A stretch of 64,000 bases of DNA from Candidatus Omnitrophota bacterium (lineage in GTDB: Bacteria; Omnitrophota; Gorgyraeia; Velamenicoccales; JABMQK01). The notes below the pieces were generated by a model, which saw nothing but the letters and a program-made list of their open reading frames with translations, did not search any database and had not been told where the DNA came from. Where the stretch lies: the NCBI GenBank assembly GCA_028711115.1, contig JAQTSV010000001.1, positions 710,032 through 774,031 on the forward strand, in the 5' to 3' direction. This document shows, piece after piece, positions 30,040 through 39,092 of the stretch (position 1 is the first letter of the stretch; each line of letters opens with the position of its first letter). The position numbers and the translations under genes were made by a program.

Positions 30040-33000
30040 ATGGAATACCGGCATTCAATGATATTTAGATTTATTTCTGTTTGTTTGGTTTTATTGCATA
30101 TTTGTGTTTTTTGCTTTAAGGACGCTGGTGTTGTTTTTGCTGAAGAAACAGCTAAAGGTGAAGTGGTTAACAGTAAAGCAAATGTGGATAGCCAGGCAAT
30201 TTCTGAAGCTGAAAAAGCCAATGATTCAGTTGCTTTGAAGCAACAAGCGGATTCTTCCGAAGAAACGGATTCGGCAAAAATAGAAGATGAGTCTGAATCA
30301 GGCCGGGGAGACCGCCAAACCTTAGACAGCACTTCTCAGGAGGGGCAAAACAGTTCTTTCGGTTTTAACCTGAATGCGTTACAGAATATTCAGCCCAGCC
30401 TTTTTACCGGCGCGTTGACTTATTCCGTGCCTATATCTGTTCCTGCCGGCAGAAAAGGCATACAGCCGAATATCGTTTTAGCTTATTCTTCCCAATCAGG
30501 AAATGGAATGCTGGGCATGGGATGGATTTTGGAATTAGGTTCAGTCGAACGCTCCACAAAAAACGGCGTACCAAATTATAATAATCAGGACACTTTTATA
30601 TTTAAAACCGGAGGTTCAGTCGTCGAATTAGTGAATATCGGCGGCAATGAATACCGCGCAAAAATAGAAGAAGCGTTTATGAAATTTACCTTTGACGGCT
30701 ATTCTTGGACTGTTAAAGATAAATCCGGCATAACATATTATTTTGGCCAGACGCAGGATTCACAGCAGCTTGATAGCGGGCACGTGTTTAAGTGGTGCCT
30801 GGATAAAGTAGAAGACCTTTCGGGCAATTATATGATTCTTACCTATATTAAAGACGCCAACCAGATTTATCCTGATACGGTAAATTATACAGGATGCGAC
30901 GGCCAGGAGAATCTGGCGTCTGCTTTTCAGGTTGATTTTGATTATGAGAGCGGAGAACGGGTCGATTATTTCTTTAGTTATCGCTCCAATTTTTTAATCA
31001 GGACAAATAAATTACTCCGGACAATTACCGTGAAACAAAATGGCTCGCGAATCAGAAAATATAACCTGTCTTACGAATACAGTTCCAGCACAAAAAGGGC
31101 GCTTCTGTCTTCGGTAACTCAATACGGGCTCGACGATAGCTCATCTTTGCCGCCGGTTGAATTTAATTATCAGGAAAAACCTTTTACTTTTTCGCAAGTT
31201 ACAAGCTGGAATAATATCCATAATTTTGGCAATAATGATTGGGCTGGCACAAGGTCAACTGGCGGAAGCGGTTCTGCCTACGTTGATATATTTGATATCA
31301 ATCGTGATGGTCTCCCAGACAGGATTTTTAGAGGTTACAACGATTCAGAATACAATAGACTTTGGGTGCAATTAAATAATGGGACTTCTTTTGATAATTT
31401 ACAGGCGTGGTCCAATATAGCTGCGCAATCCGGCCAGACTAACCGTGCTTCTGTACGATACGGCAGTTCCCACGGAGATACAAATACTTTTGATATTAAT
31501 GGTGATGGCCTGCCAGACAGAATTTACACTTATTACAATAATAATTATAACACCTGGGAAGTCCAGATAAATAATGGAAATGGTTTTGAAAATAGCATTG
31601 CCTGGAATAATATTGATGGTTTCAATTATCAGCCGGATTATACCAAACTTTGGGGATTTGCTTATGATCCACCTGTATGGGGATATATCGATTTATTTGA
31701 TATAAATGGCGACGGAAAACCGGACAGAGTTATCCGTGGGACGAACAGTGACCGTTGGTATGTTCAATTAAATAACGGCAACAATGGTTTTGATAATAGT
31801 ATTGAATGGCTCAATGTCCAGTATCATAGTCACAGTAGCGAAGGTTATATCAGGACAGGTGGCAGCAATACTTATTTTGCCACATTTGATATTAATGGAG
31901 ACGGCCTGCCAGATCATCTTATGGATAATACTACAAGCGATTATACTTGGCAGGTGCAGTTTAATAATGGCAAGAGCTTTGAGAACAGGCAGGAGTGGGG
32001 AATTCTTGGAAATAAATATGGTTCTTGGTCGTATATGGGCTACGGCGATCCTGCCTGCGTTACAACCATAGATATAAACGGCGACGGCTTGCCAGACAGG
32101 GTTACGCGAAATTACAATGATACTTACGGCAACTGGCAGGTACAGATAAATAATGGGCATGGCTTTGAACCGATTGCAGAGTGGGGACCGATTGTGCATA
32201 ATAACAATTCTAACCGCGCCCATATCAGGTCAGGATACAATCCTACAATAGTTGATTTCTTTGATATTAATGGCGACGGTCTGCCTGACAGGGTAATGCG
32301 ACCACTTAATACCCCATATGATCATTGGGATGTGCAGTTAAATAACGGCCCAATTCCTGATTTGCTGGCGGGAATTTCTAACGGCGTGGGAGGGGCGGCT
32401 GCGGTTACTTACCATACTTATGTCGGACACGATAATACAGAACAAGCCGACAAAGGCAAACTTGGTTTTCCTGTAAGCGTGGTGGCTGAAGTCGAAGTCT
32501 CCGACGGAAGATCAAACACTTATTCTACTCAATATAGCTATGACAAGGGAGAGTTCGATTACGCAAATCGCGAGTTCAGCGGTTTCGGCAAAGTAACCGT
32601 AACTGACGCCGAAGGCAATTATTCTGTCAGTTATTTTCATCAGGACGAATACAAAAAAGGCAGGCAATACAAACAGGAGGCTCGCAATTCTTCAGGTAAT
32701 CTCTACACAAAGTCAGAAAATACCTGGAATGTCCAGGGAGATATTTACGCCGGCTATCCGCAGGTTAAGTTTATCTATCTTTCGGAATCAAACGCTTATA
32801 CTTTCGACGGCGATGATTCAGCCAGAAGGATAAAGACTCAATATTTATATGATGAATCTCCTCAACACGGAAATCCTACCCAGGTAATTGAATACGGAGA
32901 AGTAGATGCCGACAGCGGTTCCGATATAAGCCAGGATAGAAAAACTGCCTCTATGGAATATAATTACAATACAACGGATTGGATATTGTCATTACCCAAA

Positions 33001-36000
33001 CATATCCAGGTTGCAGATATCAATGGAAATAATATTTCCGAAAAAAGATTTTATTATGACAATAATCAAAATATCGATGATGAACCAACGCAGGGATTGC
33101 TTACCAAAGAAGAAGTGCGTTGCTATAATCCCATAACGCAAAACGAAACCTGGCTTTCAACGCAATACGCTTATGACAGCTTCGGCAATCTGACATCTGC
33201 CACGGACGCAAACAGCCACACATCCGCAACCACATACGATTCTGTTTATCATATCTATCCGCTTACAATCACCAACGCCTTGGGCCACACTGTTACGACG
33301 CAATATTACGGTATAAACGGTGTTCCTCTAAATGACGGCCAGGGATTAAAAGGTTTATTTGGCCAGGTAAAATCAACTCGTGACCCCAACGCAGTCACAG
33401 CCTATACATCATACGATGATTTGGGAAGGCAGGAAAAAGTTATCGGTCCCAATGATTCTATTTCATATCCGTCTACAATTTATGAATATGATTTGAATGT
33501 AACAAATCCCGTAACCGATCCGGTTAAAATTACACAAAAAGTCAAGGCAGTTAATTCGCCCAGTTCAACTAATTATCCGAGCTACTACACAAGCTATTCT
33601 TTTTATGACGGAATGGGCAGGCTTATAGAAAGCAAATCTCCGGCAGAGCCGAATCCCCAAGGCGGGGCTTTGCGCCAGATTGTTTCCGGGCTTGTGGAAT
33701 ACAACAACAGAGGTTTAACCGCCAAGAAATATTTTCCTTATTATGTGGATTCAAGCCCTGATTTTATTTCTCCGGATTACAACAGGCCTTATTTTAGTTT
33801 TCAATACGATTGCTTGGGCAGAGTTATTCAGACAACCAATCCGGATAATACTTATTCCTCAGTGAATTATGATGATTGGACTGTTACAGCCACCGACGAG
33901 AGTAATCACACCAAAACCCATTACTATGACGCTCTCCAAAGGCTGATTCGCGTCGACGAACACAATAACGGCGAGACTTACACCACAACCTACGCATACG
34001 ATATTTCAGGAAATTTAACAAGCGTTACAGATTCGCAAAATAATACCACAACCATTGCTTACGATTCTTTGGGAAGAAAAATCAGGATGAATGACCCGGA
34101 TATGGGCGTCTGGAATTATGAATATGATAATATAGGTAATCTCACAAGACAAGTTGACGCCGCCGGACAAGAACTTACATTTACTTATGATGTTTTAAAC
34201 AGGCTAACCCAAAAGACTATACAAAATGATCAGACCGTTACTTATACATATGATGGCTCCGCAGAAAATTATTATGTGGGCAGGCTGCGCCAGGTAAATT
34301 ACGAGGCAGGCCAGGCGCAATTTTTCTACGATAATTTAGGCAGGGAAATCCGTTCCGTAAAAACAGTGGATGGCCAGGATTATACTGTGCAGCGTACTTA
34401 TGATCCGTTAGACAGATTAATTACTTTAACTTATCCCGACAACGAAATCGTTACCTATACTTATAATCCCCAGGGCATAGAAACTGTCAGAAGCATTCAG
34501 GAGGTCGATTCTTATACAAAATTGCTTTTGCACAATGACGGCCAGGATGGTTCAACTAACTTTACGGATAGCTCATTGTCTAACTATAACATTACTGCAA
34601 ATGGCAGTGCCCAGATAGATACTGCTCAGAGTAAATTTGGCGGGGGAAGCGTATTACTCGGCGGAAACGGCGATTATTTATCAACTTCCGATTCGGATGA
34701 CTGGCATTTCGGCACAGGAGATTTCACTATAGATTTCTGGGTAAGATTCAATGATTATCAGCCGTTTCAGACATTTGTTTCGCAATATGTAGACGCTAAT
34801 AATTATTGGTATATTATGAAAGAAGCCAGGGTTGGCGGAAATAAATTATGGATAAAGTTTAGATCCGGTGGCGTTAATAAAGGTTGGTATTATATGACTA
34901 CTGCCTGGTCAGGAATTGCCAACGATACCTGGTATCATTTGGCATTTGTAAGAAACGGGGCGAGCGCTTTGATATTTATAAACGGAGTATCCCAGGCTTT
35001 AAGCGAACATGATACTTTCGGGGCTAATGATGTCGGAGACACAGATTCTTCATTATATATCGGTCAGGATGGGAATAGCACAAATTATGTAAACGGCTGG
35101 GTAGATGAATTAAGGATTTCCAAAGGAATTGCCCGCTGGACTTCTGATTTTACTCCTCCGGAGAATAGCTATGCTTCGGGTAGCCAAGACTATGTTACAA
35201 ATATTAATTACTCTCCTGCAGGGCAGATTACAAAAATCCAATACGGAAACGGAACAACTACGGAATACGCTTATAATCCGCAGACTATGCGTTTGACTGA
35301 TTTAGTTACTCAAAATAGCAGCGGTTCGCAGATCCAGAATTTAGAATATACATTTGATAATTCAGGCAATGTCACGGCCATTACCGATAATGTCAACAAT
35401 GCCTCGCAGCAATTCCAATATGATGATTTGAGCCGGCTCACCAACGCCAACGGTACATATTACGGAAATGTTAATTATTCTTACGATTCCATAGGAAATA
35501 TTTTAAGCAAAGGAAACCTTGCCTTAAATTATAACGGAACCCGGCCGCATGCGGTCTCATCATGTACAAATTCGCAAACCGGCCAGGCTGTGAATTTTAC
35601 TTATGATACAAATGGCAATATGTCCAATCGCATTAACCAGCAAACCAACGAGCAGACTAATTATTACTACGATTTTGAATCGCATTTAACCCGGGCAGAG
35701 CAGATTTATCCGCAAGGCCAAGCCGCGACGGTTACATTGAATTTCCAGCCCGGCTGGAACTTTTTCTCTTTGCCGGTGGTTCCGCAGGATTCTCAAATTT
35801 CGCAAATTTTCTCCGGTTTGCAGATTGGAACTGATTACGACCAGATTTCAAGATATAGCCCGGAGACAGATTCATTCCAAAATTACGTGGGAAACCCTGA
35901 TTTTGATGAGTTCAATACATTGGAATATAATAAAGGTTATGCTATTTATGTAAATAATCCGCAGGGATTTAGTATTGCGATTAGCGGAGTAACGCCTGAG

Positions 36001-37614
36001 CCGCAGGGTATTAGCTTGGCGCAAGGCTGGAATTTAATTCCATATCCGTATTTATCCAATCGCTCCACGCAGCAGGCGCTGGGAAATTTGGAATTGAATG
36101 TTGACTACGATTTGGTTCTAAGTTATAATCAAACCACAGGACAATTTGAGCAATATCCCGGTTCTTTGGAGAATTTGGAGCCGAATAAATCTTACTACAT
36201 CCATTGTTTGCAGAATACCAGTTGGAATATTGAGCCGCTTTCGCGCGCGACAAATTTTTATTATGATGGTGACGGCGGCAGGGTAAAGAAAGTTTCGCAG
36301 ATTGACCAGGCTGAGACGACCATTTACATTGGCTCGCTCTTTGAGAAGGTGGTTCCCGACGAGGGAGAAGAGACCACCAAAAAGCATATTTATGCCGGCG
36401 CAAATCGGGTTTGCGTGGTGGAAAACAGCAGCCGGAAGTTTTTCCATGGTGATCATCTTGGTTCATCAAATGTTATTACCGACGAAAACGGCAGCCAAAT
36501 TTCCCACTACGAATATTCGCCATTTGGCGAAGTTTCATTCCAGGATGGTTCTTATTCAACCGATATAAAATACACCGGCAAAATCCAGGACGACACAGGT
36601 CTTTATTACTACGGCGCCCGATATTATGATCCGGTGATTGGGAGATTTATCTCGCCGGACCCGACAATACAGCATCCAAATGACCCGCAAGATTTAAATC
36701 GTTACGCTTATTGTAGGAATAACCCCATAAATCTAATTGATCCCACGGGGTTCGGATTTAAAAAATGGTTTAAAGAATTCTTTAGTGAAAATGCAGGCGT
36801 AGTTGGCCTATTGTTTGGCTTCGTTGGTCTTATTGCCGCAAGTATCTATACAGGTAATTGGCAACCTACGAGAAATATGGCTATTGCAACAGCTACTGGC
36901 TTTATATTAGGAGGTTCGACAGGTGCAGTTGCTGCGTTTGTGTCGACAAATATATTAGAAACCCAGCCGGGGCAACAAGTCGTGAACTGGGCTGCTAATG
37001 AAATTTTTGACGATGCCTTTGGTATGCGGCCCAGAGCTGCTTATTTTTGGTCATACCTAATAACTGATGCGCTCCTAACTGCTGGTGTAAGTCATGGAAT
37101 AGAGTCAGCATCAAATCCCAATAAGGTTGAAATACGTAAACCGAATTCTGAAGAAAAAAGTTATTTGAGAGATATACAGAATAAAATAAAGGCCGGAGAA
37201 ATTGATTCAAGAACAATAACGAGGACTAATGGTAGTAATTTATTTGAGATGCCAGAAAGTAGTTGGCGTGCTCTTACGGTAAATGGAGAAGTTAAGGCAT
37301 ATATTGCTAGAGCGCCAATTTTCAACATACCCTTTATGCCTCTTCAACATACAACTGCCTATTTACCTGATGTAGGAAATATGAGTTTTGGTTTGAAGAG
37401 TTATCTTTGGAATGTAGGAGTATGTCATCAAAGCGTGATAAGGGCTTTAGAAAAAGGCGGAATTCATGGTGTAACACCTTTAAATATAAGCTGGAATAAT
37501 TCTGTTTGGTTGAGTTATGGTGTATATGGAAGAGAAGGTCAAATGGGAGCAACAATCGATAATCTTTCTAAAGCAGCTTATTATACTAATCAGAATCTAA
37601 GGGATGGTAATTAA
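30040..37614 (+). CDS. Giant TcB/TcC-like RHS fusion protein (2524 aa). It comprises an SpvB-like N-domain, six FG-GAP-like blades, a YD/RHS shell with LamG-like and tandem GWN inserts, an Rhs core and an unknown C-terminal toxin.
   Basis: TGALTYSVPISVPAGRKGIQPNIVLAYSSQSGNGMLGMGW (SpvB-like). Six FDINGDGLPDR...W.VQLNNG units. Many YxYDxxGNL YD repeats. YYGARYYDPVIGRFISPDP...LIDPTGF core terminus. Confidence 0.92.
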   Translation: MEYRHSMIFRFISVCLVLLHICVFCFKDAGVVFAEETAKGEVVNSKANVDSQAISEAEKANDSVALKQQADSSEETDSAKIEDESESGRGDRQTLDSTSQEGQNSSFGFNLNALQNIQPSLFTGALTYSVPISVPAGRKGIQPNIVLAYSSQSGNGMLGMGWILELGSVERSTKNGVPNYNNQDTFIFKTGGSVVELVNIGGNEYRAKIEEAFMKFTFDGYSWTVKDKSGITYYFGQTQDSQQLDSGHVFKWCLDKVEDLSGNYMILTYIKDANQIYPDTVNYTGCDGQENLASAFQVDFDYESGERVDYFFSYRSNFLIRTNKLLRTITVKQNGSRIRKYNLSYEYSSSTKRALLSSVTQYGLDDSSSLPPVEFNYQEKPFTFSQVTSWNNIHNFGNNDWAGTRSTGGSGSAYVDIFDINRDGLPDRIFRGYNDSEYNRLWVQLNNGTSFDNLQAWSNIAAQSGQTNRASVRYGSSHGDTNTFDINGDGLPDRIYTYYNNNYNTWEVQINNGNGFENSIAWNNIDGFNYQPDYTKLWGFAYDPPVWGYIDLFDINGDGKPDRVIRGTNSDRWYVQLNNGNNGFDNSIEWLNVQYHSHSSEGYIRTGGSNTYFATFDINGDGLPDHLMDNTTSDYTWQVQFNNGKSFENRQEWGILGNKYGSWSYMGYGDPACVTTIDINGDGLPDRVTRNYNDTYGNWQVQINNGHGFEPIAEWGPIVHNNNSNRAHIRSGYNPTIVDFFDINGDGLPDRVMRPLNTPYDHWDVQLNNGPIPDLLAGISNGVGGAAAVTYHTYVGHDNTEQADKGKLGFPVSVVAEVEVSDGRSNTYSTQYSYDKGEFDYANREFSGFGKVTVTDAEGNYSVSYFHQDEYKKGRQYKQEARNSSGNLYTKSENTWNVQGDIYAGYPQVKFIYLSESNAYTFDGDDSARRIKTQYLYDESPQHGNPTQVIEYGEVDADSGSDISQDRKTASMEYNYNTTDWILSLPKHIQVADINGNNISEKRFYYDNNQNIDDEPTQGLLTKEEVRCYNPITQNETWLSTQYAYDSFGNLTSATDANSHTSATTYDSVYHIYPLTITNALGHTVTTQYYGINGVPLNDGQGLKGLFGQVKSTRDPNAVTAYTSYDDLGRQEKVIGPNDSISYPSTIYEYDLNVTNPVTDPVKITQKVKAVNSPSSTNYPSYYTSYSFYDGMGRLIESKSPAEPNPQGGALRQIVSGLVEYNNRGLTAKKYFPYYVDSSPDFISPDYNRPYFSFQYDCLGRVIQTTNPDNTYSSVNYDDWTVTATDESNHTKTHYYDALQRLIRVDEHNNGETYTTTYAYDISGNLTSVTDSQNNTTTIAYDSLGRKIRMNDPDMGVWNYEYDNIGNLTRQVDAAGQELTFTYDVLNRLTQKTIQNDQTVTYTYDGSAENYYVGRLRQVNYEAGQAQFFYDNLGREIRSVKTVDGQDYTVQRTYDPLDRLITLTYPDNEIVTYTYNPQGIETVRSIQEVDSYTKLLLHNDGQDGSTNFTDSSLSNYNITANGSAQIDTAQSKFGGGSVLLGGNGDYLSTSDSDDWHFGTGDFTIDFWVRFNDYQPFQTFVSQYVDANNYWYIMKEARVGGNKLWIKFRSGGVNKGWYYMTTAWSGIANDTWYHLAFVRNGASALIFINGVSQALSEHDTFGANDVGDTDSSLYIGQDGNSTNYVNGWVDELRISKGIARWTSDFTPPENSYASGSQDYVTNINYSPAGQITKIQYGNGTTTEYAYNPQTMRLTDLVTQNSSGSQIQNLEYTFDNSGNVTAITDNVNNASQQFQYDDLSRLTNANGTYYGNVNYSYDSIGNILSKGNLALNYNGTRPHAVSSCTNSQTGQAVNFTYDTNGNMSNRINQQTNEQTNYYYDFESHLTRAEQIYPQGQAATVTLNFQPGWNFFSLPVVPQDSQISQIFSGLQIGTDYDQISRYSPETDSFQNYVGNPDFDEFNTLEYNKGYAIYVNNPQGFSIAISGVTPEPQGISLAQGWNLIPYPYLSNRSTQQALGNLELNVDYDLVLSYNQTTGQFEQYPGSLENLEPNKSYYIHCLQNTSWNIEPLSRATNFYYDGDGGRVKKVSQIDQAETTIYIGSLFEKVVPDEGEETTKKHIYAGANRVCVVENSSRKFFHGDHLGSSNVITDENGSQISHYEYSPFGEVSFQDGSYSTDIKYTGKIQDDTGLYYYGARYYDPVIGRFISPDPTIQHPNDPQDLNRYAYCRNNPINLIDPTGFGFKKWFKEFFSENAGVVGLLFGFVGLIAASIYTGNWQPTRNMAIATATGFILGGSTGAVAAFVSTNILETQPGQQVVNWAANEIFDDAFGMRPRAAYFWSYLITDALLTAGVSHGIESASNPNKVEIRKPNSEEKSYLRDIQNKIKAGEIDSRTITRTNGSNLFEMPESSWRALTVNGEVKAYIARAPIFNIPFMPLQHTTAYLPDVGNMSFGLKSYLWNVGVCHQSVIRALEKGGIHGVTPLNISWNNSVWLSYGVYGREGQMGATIDNLSKAAYYTNQNLRDGN

Positions 37615-37616
37615 TA

Positions 37617-37976
37617 ATGCAAATTTATAGAATTAAAATTTTTTTGATGTTAGTTTTATTAATGACCATTATTGGATGCACAACAATGGGTAATCTTGCT
37701 CCACTTAAAACAACTAAAATTGCCATAGGCATGACTAAGGAACAGGTAAAAGGATTATGGGGCGAACCAAATATAACTTGGTATCCGAACCACAAATTAA
37801 CAGAATATGAAAAGGCTTTGTTTAAGAATCCCTCTAATCCACAATACTATAACGATGAGACTAATCCTGATGAAGCTTGGTATTATGCGCCAACCTATTT
37901 TTCGATTTTTCCCAAAAAAGGCTGGGATATTCTTTTTAAAGAAGGTATAGTTGTAAAGGTTTTACAAAGCAAATAA
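37617..37976 (+). CDS. BamE/SmpA-OmlA-like lipoprotein, candidate immunity protein 1
   Basis: Signal peptide plus IIGC lipobox and an IGMTKEQVKGLWGEP motif. It starts 2 nt after the RHS stop. Confidence 0.7.
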   Translation: MQIYRIKIFLMLVLLMTIIGCTTMGNLAPLKTTKIAIGMTKEQVKGLWGEPNITWYPNHKLTEYEKALFKNPSNPQYYNDETNPDEAWYYAPTYFSIFPKKGWDILFKEGIVVKVLQSK

Positions 37977-37980
37977 CGGT

Positions 37981-38055
37981 ATGGGATATACTATTGATAA
38001 TATTAGTAAAGCGGCTTATTATACACAAACAGAATTTAGAACAGATAGAAAATAA
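37981..38055 (+). pseudogene. Orphan 24-codon remnant homologous to the extreme C-terminus of the RHS toxin
   Basis: MGYTIDNISKAAYYTQTEFRTDRK versus the RHS tail MGATIDNLSKAAYYTNQNLRDGN (aligned by hand). Its stop overlaps the next ATG (TAATG). Confidence 0.7.
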
Positions 38056-38384
38056 TGAGAAGGATTGTATATCTAACGCTACTATTTACTTTTTTAACAT
38101 CGAATATGGGATGTATCTCGATTCCTACTTGGCATAAATATGACAGCGCTGTTATATATCCTGTAGGTCATAGAGGCCCTGGTGAAGGTAAAGGCCGAGA
38201 AATACACATAGGTATGACTAAAGAAGAAGTAGTATCTTTAGTGGGTAGTCCTCAAAAAAGTTATTTTCAAAGAAAGAATGAAGAGATATTAATTTATCCT
38301 TATGTTGGTGGAAAATTTACTTTAACCTTTATCGAGAATAAGTTAAAAGAAATATCTGAGTTTTATTGGGATTTTTATTCTTAG
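38055..38384 (+). CDS. BamE/SmpA-OmlA-like lipoprotein, candidate immunity protein 2 (paralog of 37617..37976)
   Basis: Signal peptide plus NMGC and an IGMTKEEVVSLVGSPQ motif. Confidence 0.68.
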   Translation: MRRIVYLTLLFTFLTSNMGCISIPTWHKYDSAVIYPVGHRGPGEGKGREIHIGMTKEEVVSLVGSPQKSYFQRKNEEILIYPYVGGKFTLTFIENKLKEISEFYWDFYS

Positions 38385-38447
38385 TTGGATAAATTAGGCG
38401 TGTCTATAATAAAAATAGCTAACTGTTACTAGAAGGAGGGAAATTCA

Positions 38448-38945
38448 GTGAAACTGAAATCGATGATTATAGCTTTATTATTACCACTGTTATCTTTGAC
38501 AGGATGTGCCACGATTGTAGGCAAAGATGCGTTTCCGCTGACAATCAATAGCAACCCGGATGGAGCAAATATTATTATTGTAGATGAAAGCGGAAAAAAG
38601 ATGTTTTCAGGAACAACGCCAACTACTGTTTCATTGACTGCTGGTCGGTCTTATTTTCACGCAAAGTCATACCACATTACTTTTTCAAAACCAGGATATG
38701 CAGATCAATATGCTGATGTCAAAGCGACATTAAGTGGTTGGTATTTTGGCAATATTCTTTTTGGAGGTCTAATCGGCATACTTATCGTTGATCCCATATC
38801 GGGTAAAATGTGGAAATTACAATCTGATATTACCGCTAATCTCTCTCAAAAATTAGCCATGAATACAGACCAACCGACGTTAAAGATCATGACATTGAGC
38901 CAAATTCCTGAAAGACTTAGAAAGCATTTAATCAGGATCAACTAA
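38448..38945 (+). CDS. PEGA-like lipoprotein with a C-terminal membrane segment
   Basis: LTGC lipobox, the PEGA-like stretch LTINSNPDGANIIIVDESGK...GTTPTTVSL, and the hydrophobic segment GWYFGNILFGGLIGILIV. Confidence 0.65.
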   Translation: MKLKSMIIALLLPLLSLTGCATIVGKDAFPLTINSNPDGANIIIVDESGKKMFSGTTPTTVSLTAGRSYFHAKSYHITFSKPGYADQYADVKATLSGWYFGNILFGGLIGILIVDPISGKMWKLQSDITANLSQKLAMNTDQPTLKIMTLSQIPERLRKHLIRIN

Positions 38946-38961
38946 TTAAGAGAAGAAATTT

Positions 38962-38999
38962 AGGGATGTCCTTTGAATCAAGCACAAGGCTGTCCCTTT
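38962..38999 (+). terminator. Putative rho-independent terminator after the PEGA-like gene
   Basis: AGGGA..CCTT / AAGG..TCCCT bipartite hairpin followed by TTT. Confidence 0.4.
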
Positions 39000-39092
39000 C
39001 ATAATGCTTCTATAAATCCCCGCCACCACCCGCATTAATTGATTGAAAATCTCAGCCATAAGTAGTATTATTTAGCAATAGGTCACAAAAAT

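Noticed and set aside
31768-32223. Alternative-frame ORFs inside the RHS gene, including 31768..32223 (-), 36011..36469 (-) and 36302..36568 (+)
   Set aside because: They are embedded in an uninterrupted 7.5-kb frame with strong repeat-family signatures. They are by-products of repetitive codon content.
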